Shown one piece after another: positions 37,248 to 51,099 of a stretch of 64,000 bases of DNA. Source of the stretch: an uncultured Actinomycetes bacterium (GTDB taxonomy: Bacteria > Actinomycetota > Thermoleophilia > Gaiellales > Gaiellaceae); contig CAVPDO010000012.1 of assembly GCA_963702655.1 (NCBI GenBank), positions 107,204 to 171,203 of the forward strand, written 5' to 3'. The position numbers and the translations under genes are program-made. The first letter of the stretch is position 1. Each line of letters begins with the position of its first letter. The notes under the pieces are model-generated. The model was given only the letters and a program-made list of their open reading frames with translations, was not told the DNA's origin and ran no database searches.

Positions 37248-38862
37248 ATGAGCGCCTGGCCACAGTCGATCGCGAGAGTCATCCGCCGGACGGAGCGCCC
37301 CACCGCAGCGGCGGAGGCCACCGCCGTCGAGACCGACGTCGGAGCCCCAGGAGCAGCTCGACGTCCGCCCGATCGAGATCTCGCCGAACGATCCGATCGT
37401 CGCCTACTTCCAGAGCGCCCCCGGCGCGGTCGACCTCGAGGAGCTCGAACTCGAGTCGCCGGCGCTGACTGCGCTGCGCGCGGCGGGCGTGAAGCTCGCG
37501 GTGCCGCTCGTCAGCCAGGGCGAGCTCGTCGGCCTGCTCAACCTCGGCCCGCGGCTCTCGGACCAGGACTACTCCACCGACGACCGGAAACTGCTCGACT
37601 CGCTCGCCGCGCAGGCCGCGCCGGCCCTGCAGGTGGCGCAGCTCGTACGTCGGCAGGAGGCGGAGGCGCGGTCGCGCGAGCGGATCGAGCAGGAGCTGCG
37701 CGTAGCGACGACGATCCAGCAGAACTTCCTGCCGCGCGAACTGCCCGACCTGCCCGGCTGGGACGTCTCCGCCTACTACCGCCCGGCGCGGGAGGTCGGC
37801 GGCGACTTCTACGACTTCATCGGGCTGCCGGAGGGTCACATCGGGATCGTGATCGGCGACGTCACCGACAAGGGCGTCCCGGCGGCGATGGTCATGGCCG
37901 CAACGCGAAGCGTCCTGCGCGCCTCGGCCCAGCGCGTCGTCTCCCCGGGCGAGGTGCTCGGGCGAGTCAACGACCTCATGTGCCCGGACATGCCGTCGAA
38001 GATGTTCGTCACCTGCCTCTACGGCGTGCTCGAGTCCGCCACGGGGCGCTTCACCTTCGCGAACGCCGGCCACAACCTCCCCTACGTGCGCACCGACGGC
38101 GGCTCGGCCGAGCTGCGCGCGACCGGGATGCCGCTCGGGCTGCTGCCGGGGATCGCGTACGAGGAGACCGAGGCGCAGCTCGAGCCCGGGCAGACGATGC
38201 TCCTCCACTCCGACGGCGTCGCCGAGGCGCACGGGCCGGGCGCGGAGATGTTCGGCTTCCCGCGGCTTCAGGACGTGGTGGGCGCCCGCAGCGGGCGCGG
38301 CGAGGTGATCGACCGCGTCCTCACCGAGCTCGGGCGCTTCACCGGCTCCGACTGGGAGCAGGAGGACGACATCACTCTCGTCGCGCTGACGCGGTACGGG
38401 GCGGCGCCGGTGGAGTCCGCGGGCAGGCTAGACGTCTCGTTTCAGGTCGCGAGCGAGCCCGGCAACGAGAAGCAGGTGAGCGAGCGGGTGGCCGAGGCGA
38501 CTGCGCCGCTCGCGCTCCCGGCGGCGCGGCTCGAGCAGCTCAAGACCGCCGTGGCCGAGGCGGCCATGAACGCGATCGAGCACGGCAACGAGAGCCGGGC
38601 CGAGCTTCCCGTCGACGTCTCCGTGCGTGCCTCCGACGCCGAGCTCGTGGTGGCGATCACCGACCACGGCGGCGGCCGCGAGATCCCCGAGGCGGAGGAG
38701 CCCGACCTCGAGGCGAAGCTCGACGGGCTGCAGAAGCCCCGCGGCTGGGGCCTCTTCCTGATCCAGAACATGGTCGACGACATCCGCGTCTCGAGCGACG
38801 AGAGCACGCACACGATCGAGCTCGTCATGCGACTGGAACGGGGCGGCAATGGAAGCGACTGA
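37248..38862 (+). CDS. GAF-like / PP2C (SpoIIE) phosphatase fused to an RsbW-like HATPase domain; +1 frameshift at the C-run 37345-37348
   Basis: The frame from ATG 37248 continues in the 37489 frame (...EQLDVRPIEISPNDPIVAYFQSAPGAVDLEELELESPALTALRAAGVKLAVPLVSQGELVGLLNLGPR). PP2C motifs: GGDFYDF, IGDVTDKGVPAAMVMA, LLHSDGV, DDITLVAL. HATPase: AVAEAAMNAIEHGN, ITDHGGG, GWGLFLIQNMVD. Length is 1 mod 3. Confidence 0.85.
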
Positions 38863-39179
38863 GTTCGCGGCGAGCGCGCGCCGCGCAGGACGGCGTGGCC
38901 GTGCTGGAGCTCTCCGGCGACGTGAGTGCGGGAGCAGAGAGCGAACTGCAGCTCGCCTACGGCCAGGTGGCCACGGAGCCGGTCGTCGTGCTCGACTTCG
39001 CCGCCGTCGACTACATCAACTCGACCGGAATAGCCCTGATCGTCGGGCTCCTGGCCCAGGCGCGCAAGAGCGGACAGGAGGTCCGCGCGCGGGGGCTGGC
39101 CCAGCACTACCGGGAGATCTTCCGCATCACGCGGCTCTCGGACTTCATGACCATCCTCGACGAGGAGGAAGCGGAATGA
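38849..39179 (+). CDS. STAS-domain anti-sigma-factor antagonist 1 (+1 frameshift near 38871-38885)
   Basis: DGVAVLELSGDV...VVLDFAAVDYINSTGIALIVGLLAQARKSGQEVRARGL..HYREIFRITRLSDF. ATG 38849 is in another frame, and no canonical in-frame start precedes the domain. Length is 1 mod 3. Confidence 0.75.
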
Positions 39180-39529
39180 CGCAGGACACTGCGGCGACGA
39201 TGGAGGTGCATCTCGCCGGCGCCGAGCTGGGCGTGATCACCGTCCGGGGCGACGTCACGGCCGGTTCGGAGGACGCCCTGATGGACGCCTACACGCGAGC
39301 CGCGGAGGGCTCGCCACGGGCCATCCTGCTCGACTTCTCCGGGCTCGAGTACATGAACTCGGGCGGAATCGGCCTGCTCGTGACGCTGCTCGTCCGCGCC
39401 AACCGCGCGAGGCAGCGGCTGCTCGCCTGCGGGCTCAACGACCACTACCGCCAGATCTTCGAGCTGACCCGCCTCGACGAGGCGATCTCGATCTTCACGA
39501 ACGAGGCCGAGGCGCTGGCCGCGTTGTGA
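39176..39529 (+). CDS. STAS-domain anti-sigma-factor antagonist 2
   Basis: ATGA overlap with STAS1. ILLDFSGLEYMNSGGIGLLVTLLVRANRARQRLLACGLNDHYRQIFELTRLDE. Confidence 0.85.
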   Translation: MTQDTAATMEVHLAGAELGVITVRGDVTAGSEDALMDAYTRAAEGSPRAILLDFSGLEYMNSGGIGLLVTLLVRANRARQRLLACGLNDHYRQIFELTRLDEAISIFTNEAEALAAL

Positions 39530-39550
39530 GGCGAACACGTTGAGGAGGAC

Positions 39551-40270
39551 ATGATGAGCGAGCAGCAGAACACGGCACGCGACCAGGGCAACTGGGCGAC
39601 TCCGGTCGACCGGCTCGCCGCGACGAACATCCCGGCGGGCGCGCTCGACACGGTCGGCGGCAAGCAGGTCGTCTCGCCGATCCAGGGCTTCGGGAAGATG
39701 TGGCAGAAGACGTACCGCATCTCGCTGGCCGGGACGGACGTGTCGCCGGCCGAGCTGATCCAGACGTGGAAGGACGAGTTCCCGAGCTTCTGGCCGAAGG
39801 GCAGCCAGTTCCACGCGCCGCTGACCGGGATCGCGCCCGGAGAGGTGGCGCTGCTGCAGGCATCCGTGGGCGGCGGCATGAAGCTGTCCACCGGCGTCTT
39901 CGTCCTCTACGCCGACGAGAACTCGTTCACGTTCATGACGCCCCAGGGGCACATGTTCGCGGGCTGGATCACGTTCTCGGCGGCCGAGGAGGACGGCGCG
40001 ACGATGGCGCAATGCCAGGTGCTGATGCGGGCCCAGGACCCACTGACCGAGGTCGGACTCGTGCTCGGCGGCCACCGCAAGGAGGACCGCTTCTGGCAGG
40101 ACACCATGCGGGCGCTGGCGGCCCGGTTCGGCATCGAAGCCGAGCCGGAGACGAGCGTCGTGTGCGTCGATAAGCGGCGCCAGTGGGGACGTGCCGGAAA
40201 CGTGCGCCACTCGAGCGCCTTCCGCTCGAGCGTCCACACCGCAACCGCGCCGCTCCGGAAGCGCAAGTAG
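39551..40270 (+). CDS. Conserved-looking hypothetical protein (family not recognised)
   Basis: Clean ORF with good GC3 (GFGKMWQKTYRI...FTFMTPQGHMFAGWITF). Confidence 0.6.
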   Translation: MMSEQQNTARDQGNWATPVDRLAATNIPAGALDTVGGKQVVSPIQGFGKMWQKTYRISLAGTDVSPAELIQTWKDEFPSFWPKGSQFHAPLTGIAPGEVALLQASVGGGMKLSTGVFVLYADENSFTFMTPQGHMFAGWITFSAAEEDGATMAQCQVLMRAQDPLTEVGLVLGGHRKEDRFWQDTMRALAARFGIEAEPETSVVCVDKRRQWGRAGNVRHSSAFRSSVHTATAPLRKRK

Positions 40271-40280
40271 CCTCAGCGGC

Positions 40281-44408
<4,128 letters not shown>

Positions 44409-44420
<12 letters not shown>

Positions 44421-45527
44421 CACGCGCTCGTAGGCCGCGGCGAGCCGCTGGGCGAGGAACGGCCACGCGTACTCCGTCTCGGCACGCTCGCGCGCGGCGC
44501 GGCCTCGTTCGACGCGCGCAGGCTCGTCCTCCAGCAGTGCGGCGATCGTCTCGGCGAGAGCTTCTGCGTCGCCGGGCGGGACGAGCGCACCGGTTTCCTC
44601 GGTAACCACCTCGCGGTAGCCCGGGATGTCGGAGGCGACGACCGGGGCCGCGCAGGCGAAGGCCCGCGTGATCGTCATCCCGAAGCTCTCGTTTCCGAGC
44701 GACGGCGCGACGAGGAGCTTCGCCGCCGCGAGCTCCTCGGTGAGCGCCTCGTCGGACACGAAGCCGAGGATGTCGATCCCCTCCTCCGCCATGCGCAGCC
44801 GGGCCAGGAGCAGCCGCACGGCGAGCGGGTCGGCGCCGAGGACGCGCAGGCGAATCCCGCGGCCCCGCAGGCGAGGCCACGCCCGGAGCAGCACGGGCAG
44901 CCCCTTGCGGGGGTCGTGGCGGCCGGCGAACACGATGCGGTCGGCGCGGTCGGCCGGCTCGACGCCGTCCGGGATCTCGACGCCGTTCGGGATCACCTCG
45001 TAGTGGCCCGGCGCGTACGGAGAGGCGGCGAGGCGCGCCTGCTCCGAGACGGCGACGCGCAGGTCGATCCGGTCGAGCAGGAAGCCCCATAACGGCTCGG
45101 CGAACCGGCGCCAGGCCGAGTCGCCCGCCGCGTGGAACGTCGCGACCGCCGGCCCGTCCCAGAGAGCGAGCGCCGCCGGGCTGAGCATCGGCGCGAGGGG
45201 CTCGTGCACGTGGATGAGGTCGAACCGCTCGCGCGCCAGCGCGCGCCGCATCTGCGACACCCCGCGCGGGCTCAGAACGAGGTTGGAGAGCGCACCGTTG
45301 CCGGGCACGATCACCGAGCGGCCGAGCGGGATCACGCCGGGCGGCGGCGGCCCCGGCCGTCCCTGCCGCGGGTGGAGGACGCGGCTGAAGGAGCCCGGCG
45401 GGTCGTTGCCGATCAGCAGACGCGTGTCGATCCCGACCGCCGCGAGCGCGCGCGCCTGCGCGTCGGCGTGATCGACGACGCCGCCGCCGAACGACCACGA
45501 GTACGGGACCACGATTCCGACCTTCAT
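44409..45527 (-). CDS. Family 4 glycosyltransferase (PimA-like mannosyltransferase type)
   Basis: MKVGIVVPYSWSFGGGVVDH..., HVHEPL, ESFGMTITRAFACAAPVVASDIPGYREVV. Confidence 0.85.
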
Positions 45528-45538
45528 GCGGGGCGAGG

Positions 45539-45973
45539 CTACCGGCGGCGTGCGAGCAGCAAACCGAGGAGCGTCCCCGCGAGCAGGAGCTGCGACTCGA
45601 CGGACATCCCGACGCCGTGGCGCCCGCCGCCGCGGTGGAAGATCTTCTCGCCACGCAGCCGGAGCCACGGCACGAGGTGCTCGAGGTCGGGCATGGACGC
45701 CGCCGCGCCTCCGACCACAGCCGGGTCGAGCGGGCCGCGCCAGGCGGCGAGCAGCCCGAGCGCGGCGAGGCCGCTGCCGATCTCGAAGCTCCGGTCGGGG
45801 ATGTCCTCGTGTGGCACGCGGTCGCCCGCGACGTGCAACGGGGGCCCGAGCAGCAGCGCGAGCGGCCGCGAGCGGACGACGGCTCCCAGCGCCGCGCCCG
45901 TCGCGACGTGCAGCGAGACGATCACGAACCAATCATTGCGTATGGTTCCGGCGATGGGTCTCGGCGATTTCAT
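45539..45973 (-). CDS. Small membrane-bound metal-dependent hydrolase-like protein (YdjM/DUF457-like)
   Basis: His-rich motifs spaced between TM helices (SLHVATGAALG, DRVPHEDIPD, PDLEHLVP, HRGGGRHG). Start taken at ATG 45973. Confidence 0.45.
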   Translation of the reverse strand: MKSPRPIAGTIRNDWFVIVSLHVATGAALGAVVRSRPLALLLGPPLHVAGDRVPHEDIPDRSFEIGSGLAALGLLAAWRGPLDPAVVGGAAASMPDLEHLVPWLRLRGEKIFHRGGGRHGVGMSVESQLLLAGTLLGLLLARRR

Positions 45974-46241
45974 GCGCAAGGTGTTCTCGGGAAAGCCGCA
46001 CGTGGCCGGCGGAGACCCCGAAACGGAGGCGATCCTCCGTGAGGAATACGGCGCCGGCGATCCCGACGTGCCGCTCGAGGGGCCGGCCCACAGCACCATG
46101 CTCGCTCGGCAGAGAGCGTCTGTGACGGGAGGCCCTGTGGGAGCCGGGAGTGCCGAGGCGGCCCTGCTGGGAGGCGAGGTCGGCGAAGCGGGCGAGGACG
46201 CGATCGAGGCGACCGACGCGCCGTCCGACCCGACCCCGTAG
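45954..46241 (+). CDS. Hypothetical small acidic protein
   Basis: MGLGDFMRKVFSGK... start, coding-like GC3. Its 5' end overlaps the divergent gene. Confidence 0.25.
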   Translation: MGLGDFMRKVFSGKPHVAGGDPETEAILREEYGAGDPDVPLEGPAHSTMLARQRASVTGGPVGAGSAEAALLGGEVGEAGEDAIEATDAPSDPTP

Positions 46242-46299
46242 GGCACTCCCGCGCTAGCGTTCGGCCCGGTGTGCCGGGAAGGCTGGTCGGCGACAGCCG

Positions 46300-47280
46300 A
46301 TGACGCCCGCAGCCGCCATCCCACTCTTCGTCGTCTGCATCGCCCTGATGCTTGTCGCATCGGCCGTGTTCGCGCGGCGGCTCGACCGCATCGGGCTGCG
46401 GCTCGGCCTGCCCGAGGCGCTGCTCGGCCTGCTCACCGCGCTAGCCGCCGACGCGCCGGAGATCTCGTCCGCGATCGCGGCGCTGGTCCAGAACGAGCAC
46501 GCCGTCGCGGTCGGGGTGGTCGTCGGCTCGAACGCGTTCAACCTCGCGGCGATGCTCGGCGTGAGCGCCGTCGTCGCGGGCCACGTGCGGGCTCGGCACG
46601 AGACGCTCGAGCTCGAGGCGTTCGTCGGGCTCTGGTTGCTCACGGTGATGCTCACGGTGGTCGCCGGCTGGCTCGGAGCGACGACCGGCGGCGTGCTCGT
46701 CGCGCTCGCCGTCGTGCCGTACGTCGCGCTGCTCGCATTCGGACGCCGCCTTGCGCGCAGATCGCTGTTCCTCCGCCGCAGCTTCGGCGAGCGTCACCGC
46801 CGGGAACGGTCGCTCGACTCGCACCGGGAAGCGGCCGGCGCGGTCGTCGTGCTCCTCGTCGCGCTCTGCTTGATCGTCGCCGGCAGCGTCGGCGCCGTGC
46901 GGGCGGCGACCGATCTCGCGCACACGTGGTCGATACCTGAGGCGCTGGTGGGAGTGGTCGTGCTCGCCATCCTCACGAGCCTGCCCAACGCCTGGACGGG
47001 CGTCCGCTTCGGCCTCCAGCGGCGGGGCTCGGCGCTGATGAGCGAGACGCTGAACTCGAACTCGATCAACATCGTGGCCGGCCTCGCCGTGCCCGCCGCG
47101 CTCGGCACCCTCGCGGCCTTCCCCGGCCTCGCGATCTTCGACATCGCCTGGCTGATTGCGATGACGGCCGCGGCGGTCGTCCTGTTCGGCAAGCGCGGCG
47201 GCGGCGGTCGAAGCGCCGGAGTCCTGCTGATCGTCCTCTACGCGGTTTTCCTCGCGGTGCAGTTCGCGAAGCTGGCCTAG
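46300..47280 (+). CDS. Sodium/calcium exchanger (CaCA family) membrane protein
   Basis: Two alpha-repeats: ALAADAPEISSAIAAL...GSNAFNLAAMLG and LTSLPNAWTGVRFG...SNSINIVAGL. Confidence 0.85.
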   Translation: MTPAAAIPLFVVCIALMLVASAVFARRLDRIGLRLGLPEALLGLLTALAADAPEISSAIAALVQNEHAVAVGVVVGSNAFNLAAMLGVSAVVAGHVRARHETLELEAFVGLWLLTVMLTVVAGWLGATTGGVLVALAVVPYVALLAFGRRLARRSLFLRRSFGERHRRERSLDSHREAAGAVVVLLVALCLIVAGSVGAVRAATDLAHTWSIPEALVGVVVLAILTSLPNAWTGVRFGLQRRGSALMSETLNSNSINIVAGLAVPAALGTLAAFPGLAIFDIAWLIAMTAAAVVLFGKRGGGGRSAGVLLIVLYAVFLAVQFAKLA

Positions 47281-48983
47281 TCTCGAACGACCGCAGGCTG
47301 GTCGAGCGCGGATTCCTCGGGCGCGACGACGCGGCCTCCGCGCGACCAGGAGGCGAGCGCCGCGACCAGGCAGGCGGCGATGGCGAAGGCGAAGGCCTCG
47401 TCCAGGCCGCTGCGGAACGGCGCCGCGATCAGGTGCGGGAAGAACGCGCGCCCGCGGATCGCGGCCGCACTGTGCGCGGGGAGCCGTGCGAGGACGTGCG
47501 GGCCGAGCAGCTTCTGCGCCGGGTTGTAGCCGAGGAATGCGGCGAAGAGCACCGAGACCGGCGGCAGCTTGCTCACGCGGTTGGCGACGTGAGCGGACAC
47601 GCCGTGCGCCTGGAGGCCGGTCGCCAGCGCATGCGGCAGCGTCGCCGAGAGCCCGACGATCATCAGCGTGAAGAAGATCCCGATCGACAGGACCTGGGCC
47701 GAGTTCTGGAACGTCTGGTTCATGCCGCCGCCGGCGCCACGGTGCTGGGCGGGCAAGCTGTTCATCACTCCCGCCCGGTTCGGCGCAGCGAAGGCACCCA
47801 TCGACAGTCCCATCAGCAGGAGGATGGCGGCCAGCTCCGCATACGAGAAGTTGACCGGCAGCATCGCGAGCAGGAAGAAGGCGAGCGCCGAGACGAGCAT
47901 CCCACCGGTGGCGAAGGGCCGGGCGCCGTAGCGGTCCGAGAGGATCCCCGAGATCGGGCCGGCGATGAGAAACCCGACCGTCAGCGGCAGCATCCGGATC
48001 CCCGCCCAGAGCGGTGTCGAGGCGAAGCCGACACCGTGCTCGGGCAGCCAGATGCCCTGCAGCCAGATGATCAGCATGAACATCAGGCCGCCACGCGAGA
48101 TCGCCGAGAGAAAGCTCGACAGGACGCCGAACGTGAACGCGCGGATCCGGAACAACTGCAGCCGGAACATCGGCGCCTGCGAACGCAGCTCCACGTAGAC
48201 GAACAGCCCGAGCAGGGCCGCGCCGGCCGCAAGGCACGAATCGACGACGGGCGAGGTCCAGCCCATCGGGTGACTCCCGTACGGCCGGATCCCGTACGTG
48301 ATCCCGACCATCACGAGTACGAGCCCCGCCGCGAAGGTGAGGTTGCCCGCCCAGTCGATCGGCTCCCGAGTGCGGACGCCGATCTCGCGCAGGCTCCGGT
48401 ACGACCAGATCGTCCCCACGACGCCGGCCGGCACCGAGACGAGAAAGACGAGCCGCCACGAGATCGGGGCGAGCACGCCGCCCAGCACGAGCCCGATGAA
48501 CATGCCGCTGATGCCGACGACGTTGTTGATCCCGAGCGCCATCCCACGCTGGTTCGCCGGGAACGCGTCGGTGAGGATCGCGACCGAGTTCGCGACCAGG
48601 AATGCGGCGCCGACCCCCTGCACGATCCGGAACGAGATGAGCCAGTCGGCGCCGGCCCTCCCGTGCAGCCAGTCGATCGTGAGCAGGAGCGACGCCAGCG
48701 TGTAGACGACGAAGCCGACGTTGTACATCCTCACGCGCCCGAACTGGTCGCCGAGCCGGCCGAGGCTGACGACGAGCACGCTCGAGACGACGAGGAAGCC
48801 GAGGATCATCCAGAGCAGGTAGAAGCTGTTGCCGGGCTGGAGCGGGTCGAGGTGGATGCCGCGGAAGATGGCGGGCATCGCGATCAGCACGATCGAGCCG
48901 TCGATCGTCGCGAGCAGCACTCCGAGCGTCGTGTTCGACAGCGCGACCCACTTGTAGTCCGGTTTCCGCCACTTGCCAGGCAA
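47277..48983 (-). CDS. MFS transporter, DHA2 family
   Basis: TTG start. 14 TM helices; LGRLGDQFGRVRMY, QGVGAAFLVANSVAILTDAFP. Confidence 0.85.
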   Translation of the reverse strand: MPGKWRKPDYKWVALSNTTLGVLLATIDGSIVLIAMPAIFRGIHLDPLQPGNSFYLLWMILGFLVVSSVLVVSLGRLGDQFGRVRMYNVGFVVYTLASLLLTIDWLHGRAGADWLISFRIVQGVGAAFLVANSVAILTDAFPANQRGMALGINNVVGISGMFIGLVLGGVLAPISWRLVFLVSVPAGVVGTIWSYRSLREIGVRTREPIDWAGNLTFAAGLVLVMVGITYGIRPYGSHPMGWTSPVVDSCLAAGAALLGLFVYVELRSQAPMFRLQLFRIRAFTFGVLSSFLSAISRGGLMFMLIIWLQGIWLPEHGVGFASTPLWAGIRMLPLTVGFLIAGPISGILSDRYGARPFATGGMLVSALAFFLLAMLPVNFSYAELAAILLLMGLSMGAFAAPNRAGVMNSLPAQHRGAGGGMNQTFQNSAQVLSIGIFFTLMIVGLSATLPHALATGLQAHGVSAHVANRVSKLPPVSVLFAAFLGYNPAQKLLGPHVLARLPAHSAAAIRGRAFFPHLIAAPFRSGLDEAFAFAIAACLVAALASWSRGGRVVAPEESALDQPAVVRD

Positions 48984-48995
48984 CCTGCTCAGGTT
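48982..48995. promoter_or_regulatory. Palindrome AACCTG-CT-CAGGTT, candidate MarR operator
   Basis: Lies between the divergent MFS and MarR genes, immediately upstream of TACAAT (49003-49008), which is 6 nt from the MarR ATG. Confidence 0.5.
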
Positions 48996-49014
48996 ACCTG
49001 TCTACAATCTCGGC

Positions 49015-49443
49015 ATGCCTCATCCCTCGACGCAGGTCGTCCACGGCGCCGGCGAGCTCCGGCTGGTGCTCGGCCAGCTCGTCCGGAGGCTCCGGGCGGA
49101 GTACTCGTTCCCGGTCGCGCAGGCGACCGTCCTCAGCCGGCTCGACCGCGAAGGCCCGCAGACGGCGAGCGCGCTCGCGACGGCCGAGCACGTCCGCCCG
49201 CAGTCGATGGCGCAGACCCTCTCCGAGCTCGAGACGGCGGGCCTGATCGAGCGGCGCCCCGACCCCGGAGACGGACGACGCAACCAGATCGAGCTCACGC
49301 AGGAAGGCCGCGAGCGCGTGCTCGAAGAGCGAGGCCGCCGCGAAGACTGGCTCGCCGCCGCGATCGCGGCCGAGCTGAGCCCCGAGGAGCAGCGGACGCT
49401 TCTGTCCGCGGTGCCTCTCCTGCAGCGGCTGTGCGGATATTGA
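49015..49443 (+). CDS. MarR-family transcriptional regulator (probably leaderless)
   Basis: Winged helix: VAQATVLSRLDREGPQTASALATAEHVRPQSMAQTLSELETAGLIERRPDPGDGRRNQIELT. Confidence 0.9.
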   Translation: MPHPSTQVVHGAGELRLVLGQLVRRLRAEYSFPVAQATVLSRLDREGPQTASALATAEHVRPQSMAQTLSELETAGLIERRPDPGDGRRNQIELTQEGRERVLEERGRREDWLAAAIAAELSPEEQRTLLSAVPLLQRLCGY

Positions 49444-49530
49444 CGTTCCGGAGCCGGTAAGCATCCCGTAAACCCCGCGGGCGGCGGCGCCGATACCCGG
49501 TTACCCTCCAAAACAAGGGGGTAACTGAAG

Positions 49531-51066
49531 ATGTTGTCGTCGCCCGGAAGACGGTTCGGAGTTGCGCTCGTCGCCTTACTGGCCGCCAGCGCGGCTTTCG
49601 CCTGCCTCGCGGGAGCCGCCGGGGCTGCGTCGACCTCGTTCAATCAGGGGACACGGACGATCCTGTTCAACGGGAAGCCGACGTTCCCGCTCGTCCTCTC
49701 GCCGGGGCCGCCGCTCGGTGTGGACACGCCCTGGGGCACGAACGGCCTTGCCGAGACCGCCGCGGCGGGGGTGAACGTGTACCGGACCGGAACCGGCGGG
49801 ATCTGGACGCCGGCCGACATCAGCGCCGGGCTCGCCTGGGATCGCGCGGCAGCTGCACTCCACGTCTACACGTGGGCCAACCTGGGCGGCTACTCGCAGG
49901 CGCTCCCGGGCTCGACGGAGGACGAGGAGCTCGCGCAGGTGATCAACACGCTCACGAGCGACCCGAGCGGGAGCGCGATCGCGATGTGGAAGGGGCGCGA
50001 CGAGCCCTGGTACAGCGACATCGCGCCGTCGGCGCTCCAGTTCGCCTACTGCCGCGTCACCTCCCGCGGCGACCCCTCCTGGTGCGACGGCGAGGCCCCG
50101 CTCGATCCGAGCCGGCTCTGGGTGACGATCGAGGCGCCGCGCGGCACTGCCGCCGATCTCGCGCCGTACTCCGACGTCACCGACGTGCACGGCGTCGATA
50201 TCTACCCCGTGACGCTCAAGCATCCGTCGCCGAACCTGCAGGCGGTCGGCAACTGGACGGCCACGCTCGACTCCATCGCCCCGCTGCAACCCGTCTGGAC
50301 GACGATCCAGATCTGCGCGAGCGGCAGCGTCGACCACTCGACCGGCGCCTACATCCTGCCGACCTACCTGCAAGAGCGGTACATGGCCTACGACGCGATC
50401 CTGAACGGCGCCAAGGCGCTCACCTTCTACGGCGGCAACAACACGAACTGCTTCAGCGGCAGCGACGCGACGTACGGGTGGAACTGGAGCTTCTGGCAGA
50501 GCGTCCTCGAGCCGCTCGTTCGGCAGCTCTCGGCCTCGAGCCCGCTCGCGCCCGCTCTGGTCAACGCGGCGGGCGTTCGGCAGGTGAGCACGGGCTCGGG
50601 CACCCAGACGATGCTGAGAGAAGGCACCTCGGTCGACGACCTGTGGCTGATCGCCGCCCGCAGCGGCGTCGGCACGAGGACGGTGACGTTCAAGGGGCTC
50701 CCCCGTTGGGTGCACCGGGGCGCCGTCTATACCGAGAACCGCTCTGTCGTCGCTTCGTCGGGCTCGTTCCGTGACCGGTTCACCCAGTGGGGCGTTCACG
50801 TCTACCACTTCGTCGAGCCGCTGATCCTGCGCACGGTGGCACCGCTCAGGGGACGGGTCGGTTCGCGCGTCACGCTGCGGGGGAAGGGTCTCGCCGCGGC
50901 GAAGACCGTCAGCTTCGGGAGCATCAAGGCCAAGTTCAGGATCGTCGGCGACGGAAAGCTCGTCGTGACCGTTCCCAAGCGGGCCAAGAGCGGACCGATC
51001 GTCGTCACCTCCGCCCTCAAGCAGATCACGTCCAGAGTCGCGTTCCGCGTTCTCCACAGCGGCTGA
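49531..51066 (+). CDS. Secreted glycoside-hydrolase-like protein with a C-terminal IPT/TIG-like domain
   Basis: Signal peptide (LLAASAAFACLAGAAGA). The central region is compatible with a TIM barrel. C-terminal beta-sandwich (GSRVTLRGKGL...KLVVTVPKRAKSGPIVV). The family call is weak. Confidence 0.55.
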   Translation: MLSSPGRRFGVALVALLAASAAFACLAGAAGAASTSFNQGTRTILFNGKPTFPLVLSPGPPLGVDTPWGTNGLAETAAAGVNVYRTGTGGIWTPADISAGLAWDRAAAALHVYTWANLGGYSQALPGSTEDEELAQVINTLTSDPSGSAIAMWKGRDEPWYSDIAPSALQFAYCRVTSRGDPSWCDGEAPLDPSRLWVTIEAPRGTAADLAPYSDVTDVHGVDIYPVTLKHPSPNLQAVGNWTATLDSIAPLQPVWTTIQICASGSVDHSTGAYILPTYLQERYMAYDAILNGAKALTFYGGNNTNCFSGSDATYGWNWSFWQSVLEPLVRQLSASSPLAPALVNAAGVRQVSTGSGTQTMLREGTSVDDLWLIAARSGVGTRTVTFKGLPRWVHRGAVYTENRSVVASSGSFRDRFTQWGVHVYHFVEPLILRTVAPLRGRVGSRVTLRGKGLAAAKTVSFGSIKAKFRIVGDGKLVVTVPKRAKSGPIVVTSALKQITSRVAFRVLHSG

Positions 51067-51099
51067 GGAAGCCGCGGCGGTGGCGACCGGCGCCCGCCG

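Noticed and set aside
46441-49460. ORFs 46441..48972 (843 aa, minus) and 47433..49460 (675 aa, plus)
   Set aside because: Shadow frames over the CaCA antiporter, the DHA2 MFS and the MarR genes; low-complexity Arg/Asp/Pro composition.
49451-49472. Possible fifth, degenerate copy of the 22-bp element (GAGCCGGTAAGCATCCCGTAAAC) upstream of the secreted GH-like gene
   Set aside because: It matches the b-plus variant at about 14 of 21 positions, and the core CG is inverted to GC. No TANNNT hexamer lies 17 nt downstream of the -35-equivalent position. Kept only as something to include in a genome-wide motif scan.
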